Shown: piece by piece, positions 21,234-30,173 of the stretch
Layout: each line of letters starts with the position of its first letter
Numbering within the stretch: the stretch's first letter is position 1
From: a virus
Lineage: Duplodnaviria > Caudoviricetes
Length of the DNA stretch: 64,000 nucleotides
Direction: 5' to 3' (one strand)
Virus record (IMG/VR): IMGVR_UViG_3300026035_000001
Coordinates: 1,634 to 65,633 of that record
Notes under the pieces: generated by a model
Seen by the model: only the letters and a program-made list of their open reading frames with translations
Databases searched by the model: none
Told to the model about the DNA's origin: nothing
Program-made: the position numbers and the translations under genes

Positions 21234-22258
21234 ACGCCGCAGCAATTCTGGCCATCCCGGTCGACCAGCCCGAGCGCCTGTTCAAGACGCCCACGCTGCT
21301 CCGTAGCGAGTTCGGCGGCTTGGTGATGGAATGGCACCCGGACCGCAACAAAGCGCCGGAAGCCGCAGCAGTGGTCGACCATATCCAGGCACTCTATCGC
21401 GCGGCGCAGCAGCGGATCAAGGCTGGCCTATGGTCGCCAGCGAATGAGATGCACGTCACCGCGGTGACTGGCAAGAAATACCGGATCAGGTTCCGGAAAC
21501 GTCATGCTTTCGAGCTCGGCGAAATGCTGGTCGGGATGCATTTTGTCACATTCGTGATCGACAAAAAGCACGAAAACCTGATGCTGCGCGGGGTGAAGCG
21601 AATCGGATCGCTGAAATATCCAACCGAGCAATTCCGTCGCAGCATCGGCCCGTTGATGCCGGCGATCGGCCGCAATATCGAGACGGCAGAAAAGTGGATC
21701 ATCTCGACCCGCAAGCAACCCGATGAGGTTTTGCTCTCCGATTTGATCGCTTACCTCGGCGGGAAGATCGAGGCCAAGCATACCGCATGGGTCATCTCCA
21801 GGCTGCTCAATCTGGCCTGTTTCCTGACCGTGGCCAATATCTCCCACAACGGCATCAGCCCGACCACGGTATTCGTCTCTCCTCAGAAGCACGCTGCAGC
21901 CTTATACGGAGGCTGGTGGTACGCTGTCGACCCGGGCAAGCTAATTACCCATCTGCCGCCGGCAACGTATCAGCTGGCCTCGCGGCGGCTCCTGGCGCAC
22001 AAAATAGCCACCCACGAACTCGACCTTGAGAGCATCAAGGCGGTTGGCCGCGCCTGTCTCGGCGATCTGTCCGGTGGATCGCTGCGCGGTAGCGCCGATA
22101 TCCCTGCCCCCATAGCTCAGTGGCTCCAGATGCCGCCGGCCAAGACCGCCTTTGCCGAATATGAGAGATGGCCGAAGATTCTCTCCGACAGCTTTGGACC
22201 CCGCCGATTCCATCAGCTGCCTATCACCGGCGAAGACGTTTACCCAGAAGGAACGTAA
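21230..22258 (+). CDS. J-domain-like / protein-kinase-like (pseudokinase) fusion
   Basis: N-terminal EWHPDRN (J-domain HPD); kinase-like lobe WVISRLLNLACFL...HNGISPTT...LYGGWWY...DL lacking the HRD and DFG Asp residues. Confidence 0.7.
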   Translation: MNAAAILAIPVDQPERLFKTPTLLRSEFGGLVMEWHPDRNKAPEAAAVVDHIQALYRAAQQRIKAGLWSPANEMHVTAVTGKKYRIRFRKRHAFELGEMLVGMHFVTFVIDKKHENLMLRGVKRIGSLKYPTEQFRRSIGPLMPAIGRNIETAEKWIISTRKQPDEVLLSDLIAYLGGKIEAKHTAWVISRLLNLACFLTVANISHNGISPTTVFVSPQKHAAALYGGWWYAVDPGKLITHLPPATYQLASRRLLAHKIATHELDLESIKAVGRACLGDLSGGSLRGSADIPAPIAQWLQMPPAKTAFAEYERWPKILSDSFGPRRFHQLPITGEDVYPEGT

Positions 22259-22259
22259 A

Positions 22260-23174
22260 ATGGGAAACACCACATTCGACCCTGGCGCCTATGCGGCATA
22301 CGCCCGCTCGACGTCGCACCTGGATCATACGACGAAATTCAGGGCGAGCTCGGCCAAAGCCGCGTTCACAGCGAAAGAGATCAAGGTCCGCGAATCTGTC
22401 AAATCGGACATCAACCCGCACCCGACACCGATCATCGTGGGCCTCGACGTCACCGGCAGCATGGGCCCGGTGGTCGACGCCTGCCACAAGGCGCTCGGTA
22501 CGCTGTTCGAGGAGATCATCAAGCGCGGGCCGGTCTCCGATCCGCACGTGCTCGCGATGGCGATCGGCGACATGGACTATGATCGGTCGCCGGTGCAGGC
22601 CACCCAATTCGAGGGCGATCCCGTGACCATCGGTAAGCAGGTCGAGGAGCTCCACCTGGAGCGCGGCGGCGGCGGCAACGACCATGAAAGCTATCTCGGG
22701 CCGCTCTATTTCGCCCTCAATCGGACGAAATGCGATGCCTTCGCCGAAGGCCGGAAGGGCTATATCTTCACCGTCGGCGACGAAGGGCCCCAAGAGAGGA
22801 TAGAGTCCTCCCAGATCGAGCGCTGGTTCGGCGATCAGGTCACCAGCTACATCTCGGCCGAACGTCTCATCGATTCGGTGCAGCGCAATTGGCATGTGTT
22901 CCACATCATCATCAAGCAAGGCACATTCCAGGGCTATCCGGCGGCGCCGCGGGCCAACGCGCGTTGGCGGGAATTGCTCGGCCAGCATGTGATCGAGCTC
23001 AATGACCACACCAAGATGGTAGAGACCATCATTTCGGTGATCGAGGTGACCGAGGGCCGCGACAAGGATGCGGTCGCGCATTCCTGGAGCGGGGACACCA
23101 GCCTCGTTGTGCGGGATGCGATCAAGGGACTGACGCCGGCCGAGAAGGCTGGTAGCGGCCCCGTCGCGCTCTGA
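22260..23174 (+). CDS. von Willebrand factor A domain protein
   Basis: MIDAS IIVGLDVTGSMG, AIGD, GGGGNDHESY, FTVGDE. Confidence 0.88.
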   Translation: MGNTTFDPGAYAAYARSTSHLDHTTKFRASSAKAAFTAKEIKVRESVKSDINPHPTPIIVGLDVTGSMGPVVDACHKALGTLFEEIIKRGPVSDPHVLAMAIGDMDYDRSPVQATQFEGDPVTIGKQVEELHLERGGGGNDHESYLGPLYFALNRTKCDAFAEGRKGYIFTVGDEGPQERIESSQIERWFGDQVTSYISAERLIDSVQRNWHVFHIIIKQGTFQGYPAAPRANARWRELLGQHVIELNDHTKMVETIISVIEVTEGRDKDAVAHSWSGDTSLVVRDAIKGLTPAEKAGSGPVAL

Positions 23175-23245
23175 TGGAATACGTGTTTGTCAGCCTTGGG
23201 GTGCTGCTGATTTGGGCGCTCCTAGGGGCAATCTTCGCGCCATAG
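23174..23245 (+). CDS. 23-aa single-TM peptide
   Basis: MEYVFVSLGVLLIWALLGAIFAP; TGATG overlap with the vWA stop; ends at the PurA-like SD. Confidence 0.55.
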   Translation: MEYVFVSLGVLLIWALLGAIFAP

Positions 23246-23258
23246 AAGGAAGCGACCA

Positions 23259-24362
23259 ATGAAGCGCGCCACCGCGGTAATCGGAGCAGTGTTCGGAGAC
23301 GAAGGTAAGGGCCTTTTCACGGACTATTTTTGTCGGCTAGCTGGCTCCGAACCGCTGGTGGTGCGCTTCAATGGTGGGGCCCAAGCAGGACATACCGTCG
23401 TCACTCCGACCGGAATCAGGCATGTGTTCCACCATTTCGGATCGGGAACGCTTGCCGGCGCGCGCACCTATTTGTCGCGGTTCTTCCTGGTCAACCCGAT
23501 CCTGTGGATGAAGGAACATCAGGAGCTCCAGGCTCTGAGCCAGCAGCACAATCTCGGCCTTCGGCTGCGCCTGTTCGTCGATCGCGAGGCACCGCTGACC
23601 ACCGTTATCGACATGATCGAAGGGCAGGACCGCGAGCGCCAGAAGCGCCATGGCAGCTGCGGCGCCGGCATCCATGCGACAATGGTGCGCCAAAAATACG
23701 CCCAGTACCGCCTATTTGCTGGCGACCTGGATAATCCAATGTTTCTCAGCGACCGGGTTTACAAAATACGCAAACAGGTCGATTCGACGATCAGCGATGA
23801 GGTGATCGAGCGATTTCTCGAAGACTGCCGGCTGATGCGCTCGCATATCAGTTTTTGCGATAGTCGCCTGATGGCAGCGCACCCGGGCGATATCGTGTTC
23901 GAGGGAGCCCAGGGCCTACTTCTGGATCAGGACAACATGACGTTTTTCCCGCATGTGACCCACAGCCACACGGGCTTGCGCAACGTCTCGGAGCTCTCCC
24001 GCGAATGCAATATCGATCGAATGAACGTGGTCTATGTGCTACGCTCCTACATCACCCGGCATGGCGCCGGGCTGCTTCCATCGGAAGCGTCTGAACTGTC
24101 TTATCCAGATGACACAAATGTCGAAAACGAATGGCAGGGGAAATTACGATTTGCCCCGCTCGACGCGCGGAACAGAGAAATGGTTGGCAATGCGATCATC
24201 CGCGACTTTTCGGGAAACGAGCGCGCTGGCATGAAATTGTCAGTCGCAATGACGCATTTAGACCAATGCGAGATACCCAATTTTGAAAAATTACGAACGA
24301 CATTCCGCTCTCACGGGCCCTCCGCCGGCAATATCGAGGGAAAAGCGGAATGGCCGCATTAA
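23259..24362 (+). CDS. adenylosuccinate synthetase (PurA)-like enzyme, divergent
   Basis: FGDEGKG, RFNGGAQAGHT, GSG, GSCGAGI, FEGAQGLLLD, FPHVTHS, YITRHGAG; aspartate-binding TTGR loop replaced. Confidence 0.9.
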   Translation: MKRATAVIGAVFGDEGKGLFTDYFCRLAGSEPLVVRFNGGAQAGHTVVTPTGIRHVFHHFGSGTLAGARTYLSRFFLVNPILWMKEHQELQALSQQHNLGLRLRLFVDREAPLTTVIDMIEGQDRERQKRHGSCGAGIHATMVRQKYAQYRLFAGDLDNPMFLSDRVYKIRKQVDSTISDEVIERFLEDCRLMRSHISFCDSRLMAAHPGDIVFEGAQGLLLDQDNMTFFPHVTHSHTGLRNVSELSRECNIDRMNVVYVLRSYITRHGAGLLPSEASELSYPDDTNVENEWQGKLRFAPLDARNREMVGNAIIRDFSGNERAGMKLSVAMTHLDQCEIPNFEKLRTTFRSHGPSAGNIEGKAEWPH

Positions 24363-24384
24363 AGACCGCAGAGGGAAACTCAAA

Positions 24385-24558
24385 ATGAGCGACCATAAAG
24401 GCGACAAATCAAAGCAGCCGCAAGGCTGTCAGCCGGAAAAGTACGCGGGCAACCCCTGCCCAAACATGAAGGAGACCGGAGGCGGGATGGATGGCGAGCA
24501 ATATCGCTGTGAAGTCTGCGGCGAGGCTTTCTATCTCGACTACGACGAGATGCGTTAG
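24385..24558 (+). CDS. 57-aa zinc-ribbon protein
   Basis: MSDHK...PCPNM...YRCEVCGEAFYLDYDEMR; GAGGG SD. Confidence 0.6.
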   Translation: MSDHKGDKSKQPQGCQPEKYAGNPCPNMKETGGGMDGEQYRCEVCGEAFYLDYDEMR

Positions 24559-24577
24559 ACGCCACTTAAGGAAACCG

Positions 24578-25420
24578 ATGAACCCCTACCTGATCCAGGG
24601 CCCGGCCTTGATCTCGTTCAGCGGTGGCCGCACCTCGGCCTATATGCTGCACGAAATCCTGCGCGCTCACGACGGCAAATTGCCGGAAGATGTGCGGGTC
24701 TGCTTTGCCAACACTGGGAAAGAGCGGGAGGAGACGCTTCGCTTTGTCCATGAGTGTTCGGTGCGCTGGGATGTTCACGTCAACTGGATCGAATATCGCG
24801 ACAATACCGTAGGCTTCGAACTGGTCGGCTATAATTCGGCAAGCCGGAACGGAGAGCCGTTCCAGGCGATGATCGACAAAAAGAAGCGCCTACCGAACTG
24901 GAAAGAGCGGTGGTGTACTGATCGGCTCAAGGTGCAGCCTATGACGGATTTTGCTGCCTCGCTAGGTCTCTTGCCCGGCGCCTATACCGAAGTGATCGGG
25001 CTGCGCCATGACGAAGGCATGCGAATCCTCAAGGGCATGGAGAACGCAGAGAAGCGCGGCAGGAAGTGTGCGTGGCCGCTGGCGAAGGCCAAGGCGACCA
25101 AGAACGGCCACGTCATGCCGTTCTGGCGCGAACAACCATTCGATCTTGGCCTTGAGCCATGGGAAGGCAACTGCGATGTGTGCTTTTTGAAAGGACGCGG
25201 TATCAAAAAGCGCATCATCGCCGATGATCCTAGTCGGGCGATTTGGTGGTCCAACAACGAGAGCAAGCACAAGGGTAAGCAAGAACGGGGATGGTTCGAC
25301 CGGCGCGACAGTATCGCCGGCTTAGTTGCCGAGGTGCGCAAAGCACCAACCCTTTTCGAGCCGATAGATGATGCGGACTATGACGTGGAATGCGGGCTGA
25401 CATGCTCAGCCGATCTTTAA
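24578..25420 (+). CDS. PAPS-reductase/PP-loop family protein
   Basis: ISFSGGRTSAYM, FANTGKE, RWCTDRLK, IGLRHDE, GNCDVCFLK. Confidence 0.88.
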   Translation: MNPYLIQGPALISFSGGRTSAYMLHEILRAHDGKLPEDVRVCFANTGKEREETLRFVHECSVRWDVHVNWIEYRDNTVGFELVGYNSASRNGEPFQAMIDKKKRLPNWKERWCTDRLKVQPMTDFAASLGLLPGAYTEVIGLRHDEGMRILKGMENAEKRGRKCAWPLAKAKATKNGHVMPFWREQPFDLGLEPWEGNCDVCFLKGRGIKKRIIADDPSRAIWWSNNESKHKGKQERGWFDRRDSIAGLVAEVRKAPTLFEPIDDADYDVECGLTCSADL

Positions 25421-25519
25421 TTAACGAGTTGATTTAGTGGAATCTACCGGTACGCAATAAATCCCTGGTCAACCTGCGATAGACAGGATACAAGGGAACA
25501 AACAACAGGCTTGAGGAAA

Positions 25520-25741
25520 ATGGCTAAACGGCAACCCATCGTTCATCGTCGAACGGGAACCAAGGCTGACACATCAGCAATGGAGCTCTCGATCCTGATC
25601 AAGAAGGACACAGGCGTCGATTTCCCGCCGGCCAAGCTCATCGAGTTCATCCGCCTCAACTTCGTTCTCGGATCGGTGCTTGCCCATGAAATCCATGACG
25701 ATCTTGCGATGCAAGCGGCGGCAAAGGGATTTAACCCGTGA
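25520..25741 (+). CDS. hypothetical protein
   Basis: GAGGA SD; 73 aa. Confidence 0.65.
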   Translation: MAKRQPIVHRRTGTKADTSAMELSILIKKDTGVDFPPAKLIEFIRLNFVLGSVLAHEIHDDLAMQAAAKGFNP

Positions 25742-25887
25742 GCTCAGAAGAGGAACGAGATCGCCAAGCCACATGGCAGCGGCTCCGCGATGAGATCGAC
25801 CGCCGGCCTTTCCCGCCATCCCATCTTACCGAAGGCCTGATCGAAGCAATCATCGGCCTGATCAAAGGGAGGACCGACCATGCTTGA
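25738..25887 (+). CDS. hypothetical peptide (49 aa)
   Basis: GTGA coupling; own translation. Confidence 0.45.
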   Translation: MSSEEERDRQATWQRLRDEIDRRPFPPSHLTEGLIEAIIGLIKGRTDHA

Positions 25888-26047
25888 GATCAAGTCAGAA
25901 CTCCGCGCCTTGGCCGACGATATCGAGGCCCAGGTCAAGACGCCGGCCCAACTGCGCGCCAAGGTGATCGAGATCATCCAGATGATGGACGATTTCGATG
26001 AGCATTACGTGCCGCCGTCGACCGAGAGGGATTTCATCCATGGGTAA
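25880..26047 (+). CDS. hypothetical peptide (55 aa)
   Basis: GGGAGG SD; MLEIKSELRALADD. Confidence 0.6.
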   Translation: MLEIKSELRALADDIEAQVKTPAQLRAKVIEIIQMMDDFDEHYVPPSTERDFIHG

Positions 26048-26624
26048 CCGTTTCGGCCGGAACCAAAAGCGCCGCATGCGCGCGGAGATCGCCGCAAAAG
26101 AGGAACAGGCGCACAATATGCGGCATCTCTTGGCTGGTGAGCGAGTGACCAATGGCAAGCTGCGCGATAAATTCGACCGCCTAAAGCAAGACGTCGAAAC
26201 ATGGGATGCGGAGATCAAGCATCTACTGGGCGATTTCTCCTCATTCCGCCCAGGAACGCATGGCTATAGCCACCCGCACCCAGAAAATATGGCGCAGTTG
26301 CGTATTATGCCGAATTTGGGGCCGCTGGTGACCGACAGCGGCACGCTATCCGATAGCGTCACTTACACGATCGAGCGATTGCTGCAGGTCGTGGTCGATA
26401 GCGACACGACATGGGAAGGCCGCAAATACCTGCGGCTCCGCATTACCGATGCGGGATATGCCGAGCATGACATGCGCTATGCGATCAGCAGGGTGCAGTT
26501 TGATCGGGCCCAGCTGGGCCCGCGCGAGCGCCGCTATGTCGCCGAGCGGATCGCCCAGGAGCTCTGCGACGGCATCAACAGGGGCCTCGGTGATCGGCGG
26601 ATACGCGAAGGCGGAGCGATATAA
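26040..26624 (+). CDS. hypothetical protein
   Basis: MGNRFGRNQKRR; GAGGG SD. Confidence 0.75.
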   Translation: MGNRFGRNQKRRMRAEIAAKEEQAHNMRHLLAGERVTNGKLRDKFDRLKQDVETWDAEIKHLLGDFSSFRPGTHGYSHPHPENMAQLRIMPNLGPLVTDSGTLSDSVTYTIERLLQVVVDSDTTWEGRKYLRLRITDAGYAEHDMRYAISRVQFDRAQLGPRERRYVAERIAQELCDGINRGLGDRRIREGGAI

Positions 26625-26625
26625 A

Positions 26626-26970
26626 ATGCGCCGGCAGATCGAGCGCACCACTTGGTATCTCGACGCGATGCAGGCGATCCATGACAAAAGCCTCGCCTCG
26701 ATGGCTCACGGCGGCGACGGATGGGTGAAGACCGATTGCATCCCTGGATATCGGCCAAACCCAGATTCTGATCGGATCAGGAGGCTGCAGCACCGGGGCC
26801 TTGTCATCCGCATGTTCCATGGTTCAAGGTGGCTGCGACTCACTGTTCTTGGAATCGCCCACATCGAAAGAGAGAAAAATGCCGGATATCCGCGACAACC
26901 GGAACATTATCGACAAAGCGTTCGAGGTATTCGACCGCGTGCAGCGAGGCATGGGCAGCCCAGCGCCTGA
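26626..26970 (+). CDS. hypothetical protein
   Basis: GGAG SD; overlaps the next gene. Confidence 0.5.
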   Translation: MRRQIERTTWYLDAMQAIHDKSLASMAHGGDGWVKTDCIPGYRPNPDSDRIRRLQHRGLVIRMFHGSRWLRLTVLGIAHIEREKNAGYPRQPEHYRQSVRGIRPRAARHGQPSA

Positions 26971-27190
26971 TGAGGTGTCATTCGTCGGCGGCTTTATGAC
27001 GTGCTTCGGAATTATGGTGGGCCGCGTCGACATCGGCCTCGACCAGCACGCGCCGCTCGACAAGATCATGGACGCCATTCACAAGGACATTGCCGCTTTC
27101 GGCCTGCGCATCGCCGAGAACCAGCGGAAGCAAGACGCGCTCAACGAGACCATCAGGACCGCGGCGAAGAACGCGGCCAAGAGGAATTGA
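26879..27190 (+). CDS. hypothetical protein
   Basis: MPDIRDNRN, 103 aa. Confidence 0.7.
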   Translation: MPDIRDNRNIIDKAFEVFDRVQRGMGSPAPDEVSFVGGFMTCFGIMVGRVDIGLDQHAPLDKIMDAIHKDIAAFGLRIAENQRKQDALNETIRTAAKNAAKRN

Positions 27191-27192
27191 AT

Positions 27193-27405
27193 ATGGGAAA
27201 TAGCACGCCTGACACTCCGATGAAGTTCGACAACGGGCTTACAGCTAAGCAGGATGACCAGATCGACGACATCATGATCGATCTCAACCGGATCGAGGAG
27301 CGGATCAATGCCCTCGGCCGACACCGCAGCTATTCGCTGGCGATCACCAAGATCGAAGAGGCCATACACTGGCTGCGCGACCGCAAGCACAAGCCGGCGG
27401 GTTGA
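27193..27405 (+). CDS. Acb2/Tad1-like helical-hairpin protein (candidate immune-signal sponge)
   Basis: HRSYSLAITKIEEAIHWL resembles the RE(x)SLA(I)TKLEEA(x)MW hairpin. Confidence 0.55.
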   Translation: MGNSTPDTPMKFDNGLTAKQDDQIDDIMIDLNRIEERINALGRHRSYSLAITKIEEAIHWLRDRKHKPAG

Positions 27406-27408
27406 GCC

Positions 27409-27801
27409 ATGAAATCCAAGCCAACGAAGAAGCGCACACCGCTCGCCGAAGCGCGCCACCAATTGAAGCTGGCCACCGAGGAGGTTCGCAAGGTCTCGGA
27501 TATGGCCGATGATGTCGCGGGCCAACTGCATGATGCGCGCGACGATCTATCCCGGGTCCGGCAAGCGGCCGAACGCAATGCCCTGCGCGTGGCCCGGCTG
27601 GAGGGCTATATCGAGCGCGTCCACGAGATCGAGCGCAAGCAGCCTGTCACAAACCTAACCCCAGGCGATCCGATCGACCGGCTGCGCCAGCGCATCGCCA
27701 CCGGGCCGGAACATCAGGCCCAAGCGATTCTCGACGCACTCGATTCCTCGCTGGGCTTGATGGACGATATTATGGGGAAAGAAAGTTATGTCGATCGCTA
27801 G
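27409..27801 (+). CDS. coiled-coil hypothetical protein
   Basis: 130-aa ORF in operon. Confidence 0.7.
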   Translation: MKSKPTKKRTPLAEARHQLKLATEEVRKVSDMADDVAGQLHDARDDLSRVRQAAERNALRVARLEGYIERVHEIERKQPVTNLTPGDPIDRLRQRIATGPEHQAQAILDALDSSLGLMDDIMGKESYVDR

Positions 27802-28201
27802 GATTATCGTCATCTGCATCCTGGCCGGTGTCGTGGTCGCGCCATCATTAATTGGAATGTGGTTCCGCCGCGCCCGACAAGTGCGGACACGCCACATCGA
27901 GCCGGAGGGCATCGAGCTCGATGACGACGATTATGCGATGCTGATCATCGATTACGAAACCGGTCAGGAATGGCGAATTTACCAGGACGGCCAAGTCTCC
28001 GGCTGGGAGGGCCGCAAGATCACAATCATAAATCGCATCCCGGCCCTGGTCGCGGCGGCTGGCGAGCTCGGATATTCGGAGGCCGAGAGCCTCAAGGATA
28101 TCCCGGAAACCAAAGAGGAATGGTTTCGACAAGCAAGAATGCAATCAGACCTCGATAAATATGGAGTAAGGCCAGACCATGGGCGGAAGCAAGAAGGGTG
28201 A
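27788..28201 (+). CDS. membrane-anchored hypothetical protein
   Basis: N-terminal TM IIVICILAGVVVAPSLIGMWF. Confidence 0.7.
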   Translation: MSIARIIVICILAGVVVAPSLIGMWFRRARQVRTRHIEPEGIELDDDDYAMLIIDYETGQEWRIYQDGQVSGWEGRKITIINRIPALVAAAGELGYSEAESLKDIPETKEEWFRQARMQSDLDKYGVRPDHGRKQEG

Positions 28202-28733
28202 GCGGCGCGGCAACGCGCGCAAGCGGCCAACAGGCTCGCCCCACGAGACGCCGGCCGAGGTAATGAAGGAAGCGGTATCGCGCAAGCCAAACAAGCGCGG
28301 CGACCGTGGCCAGAGCGTGACCACGATCGAGCGCCGCATTCACATCGCACGTGTGATCCATGGCCAGAGCGGCAGTGTGCTCGACATGACGCCGAAAGAG
28401 GTGATGCTGGCCGGCATGCACCACAATATGCAGGCGGTGTCCGACTGGAAGGCGTTCCTGATGGAAATGGCGGCCAAGCCCATCACCGAGGAGACCACGC
28501 GCCTCGTGGCGCATGCTGAAGCCGAGATCGAGCGCCTCCTCGATAAGGCGGTGGAGCATGCATTCAAGGTTGCGCCGATGATCCACCCGCGCCTCTCTGC
28601 CATCGCCCTGGCGCCGTCCCAGGGGGACAACCCCGCCTCGGTGCTCCAGGACCTCCTCGACGAAATCGATGAGCGCCAGCGCTCTGAGCCAGTGCTGATC
28701 GAGTACAATCCGCAAACCAAGAGGAGCGCGTGA
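28179..28733 (+). CDS. candidate terminase small subunit
   Basis: MGGSKKGERRG N-terminus and APMIHPRLSAI motif seen in small-terminase-like phage proteins. Confidence 0.5.
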   Translation: MGGSKKGERRGNARKRPTGSPHETPAEVMKEAVSRKPNKRGDRGQSVTTIERRIHIARVIHGQSGSVLDMTPKEVMLAGMHHNMQAVSDWKAFLMEMAAKPITEETTRLVAHAEAEIERLLDKAVEHAFKVAPMIHPRLSAIALAPSQGDNPASVLQDLLDEIDERQRSEPVLIEYNPQTKRSA

Positions 28734-29266
28734 TGAGTTTCTACGACAGCGTTATTCGCAATAAATCGGCTACAATTCGCAGCGATGTCGTCTGCAAGGA
28801 CACCGCCCTGCTGGAGCCGGGCACGCGCAAGGCCGTCCAGGCTCTCCTCGACGACGCGCGCGCCGCCGGCCACGACTTGCGGGTGCTGGAGACCTTCCGA
28901 TCCCAGGCCCGGCAAATCGTCCTTTTCAGGAAGGGGGCGACGCAGCTGCGGAAGGTGGGCTGCCACGGCTATGGGGTGGCTGTGGATTTCGGGGTTTTTG
29001 TGAACGGCAAATATGCCGAGGCAAACGGCCCCTACGTATTCCTCCGCGATCTGGCGAGGAAGCATGGACTGATTTCCGGTCAGGACTGGGGCCATGCGCG
29101 CGAGGGAAGCTTTGTCGATTCCGGCCACGTCCAGCGCATTCCGGTCTGGCGCCAGAGCGCGCTTTTCGCTGGTACGTGGTATCCCCCGGAAATCTATGAT
29201 CCGTATGCCGACAGTGCGGAACATGGTCACACTGATGTCGTGGGAGTAATCAAGGATGGCACGTAA
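28730..29266 (+). CDS. M15-family peptidoglycan peptidase (endolysin candidate)
   Basis: ETFRSQARQ, CHGYGVAVDF, GQDWG, FVDSGHVQ. Confidence 0.85.
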   Translation: MMSFYDSVIRNKSATIRSDVVCKDTALLEPGTRKAVQALLDDARAAGHDLRVLETFRSQARQIVLFRKGATQLRKVGCHGYGVAVDFGVFVNGKYAEANGPYVFLRDLARKHGLISGQDWGHAREGSFVDSGHVQRIPVWRQSALFAGTWYPPEIYDPYADSAEHGHTDVVGVIKDGT

Positions 29267-29489
29267 CAAAGAGCTCGAAGAAATCACCGATGAGGAACTC
29301 GAAAAACTGCCGAAGCCGCAGCGGGAAGCGCTGCTGCGCGCGCGCAGCCATAGCTACAAGCTCGCTGCCGAGAGTCTCGGCATCAAGATCGGCACATTCA
29401 AGAGCCGGATCACACGAGCCCGGGATCGCGTCGAGCGCATGCGCATCCAAGAAATGGTCTCCGCCGCTGCAGCGCCGTCGGCACAATAG
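29256..29489 (+). CDS. stand-alone sigma70 region 4 (ECF-like) protein
   Basis: LPKPQREALL...SYKLAAESLGIKIGTFKSRITRAR. Confidence 0.8.
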   Translation: MARNKELEEITDEELEKLPKPQREALLRARSHSYKLAAESLGIKIGTFKSRITRARDRVERMRIQEMVSAAAAPSAQ

Positions 29490-29516
29490 GTCGACAGCGG
29501 ATAATTTTGCTGTAGG

Positions 29517-30116
29517 GTGATCATGCAGCGGGTGGTGTTTTATCGGAGGTTGGAAATGCGGTTATTGACGATAGAGCACCATCATTTTCACCACTTGGAC
29601 AGGCCGATGACCGAGGCGCTTGCCAAGATTTCAATCCAACTCGGTTCCTTGCAAGGACAAATGAGGCAAATCATGATCGATACGTCAAAACTGCTCGCGG
29701 TGGTCGCGCGCGAGAAGACCGATGGCGACAGCCTGCGGGCCCTGGTCGCGGCGAATACCTCGGCACTGGACAATATCGCCGTGCAGCTGAAGGCCGCGAC
29801 TGACGCGCTGGCGGCCCAGGGCGCCAACGTGGAAGCTTTGAAGGCGGTGCAGGCCGACATCGACAAGGCCGCGGACGATCTGTCGCTCGATAGCGACAAG
29901 ACCGAGGCAGCGCTTGCGGCAAATATCCGGCCAACCCCGGCATCCAAGCCGGTTGACCAGCCTCCGGCCGGCGCCGGTGACGCGGCAAAGACGGATGCAC
30001 CTCCAGCACCGCCGGCTGACCAGACGCCGCCTCCGGCTCCCCTGGCTGGCACTGGGCAGCCTCCGGCCGACCCGACGCCAGCCGCTGCGCCGTCGACAGA
30101 CCCGGCCTCCGGCTAG
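29517..30116 (+). CDS. coiled-coil protein with Pro/Ala-rich tail
   Basis: 199-aa ORF; start uncertain. Confidence 0.7.
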   Translation: MIMQRVVFYRRLEMRLLTIEHHHFHHLDRPMTEALAKISIQLGSLQGQMRQIMIDTSKLLAVVAREKTDGDSLRALVAANTSALDNIAVQLKAATDALAAQGANVEALKAVQADIDKAADDLSLDSDKTEAALAANIRPTPASKPVDQPPAGAGDAAKTDAPPAPPADQTPPPAPLAGTGQPPADPTPAAAPSTDPASG

Positions 30117-30136
30117 ACGTCATCGTAAACGGTGGG

Positions 30137-30165
30137 TTGACAAAAGAGGCCGGATCAGAGATGAT
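30137..30165 (+). promoter_or_regulatory. sigma70-type promoter
   Basis: TTGACA-N17-GATGAT, about 8 nt upstream of the structured RNA. Confidence 0.65.
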
Positions 30166-30173
30166 GCGGCCTC

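Noticed and set aside
23259-24362. PurZ / 2-aminoadenine (Z-genome) pathway
   Set aside because: The catalytic Asp (GDEGKG) is retained where PurZ has Ser; no dATPase or DUF550-like partner was recognised, and the phage has no DNA polymerase of its own.
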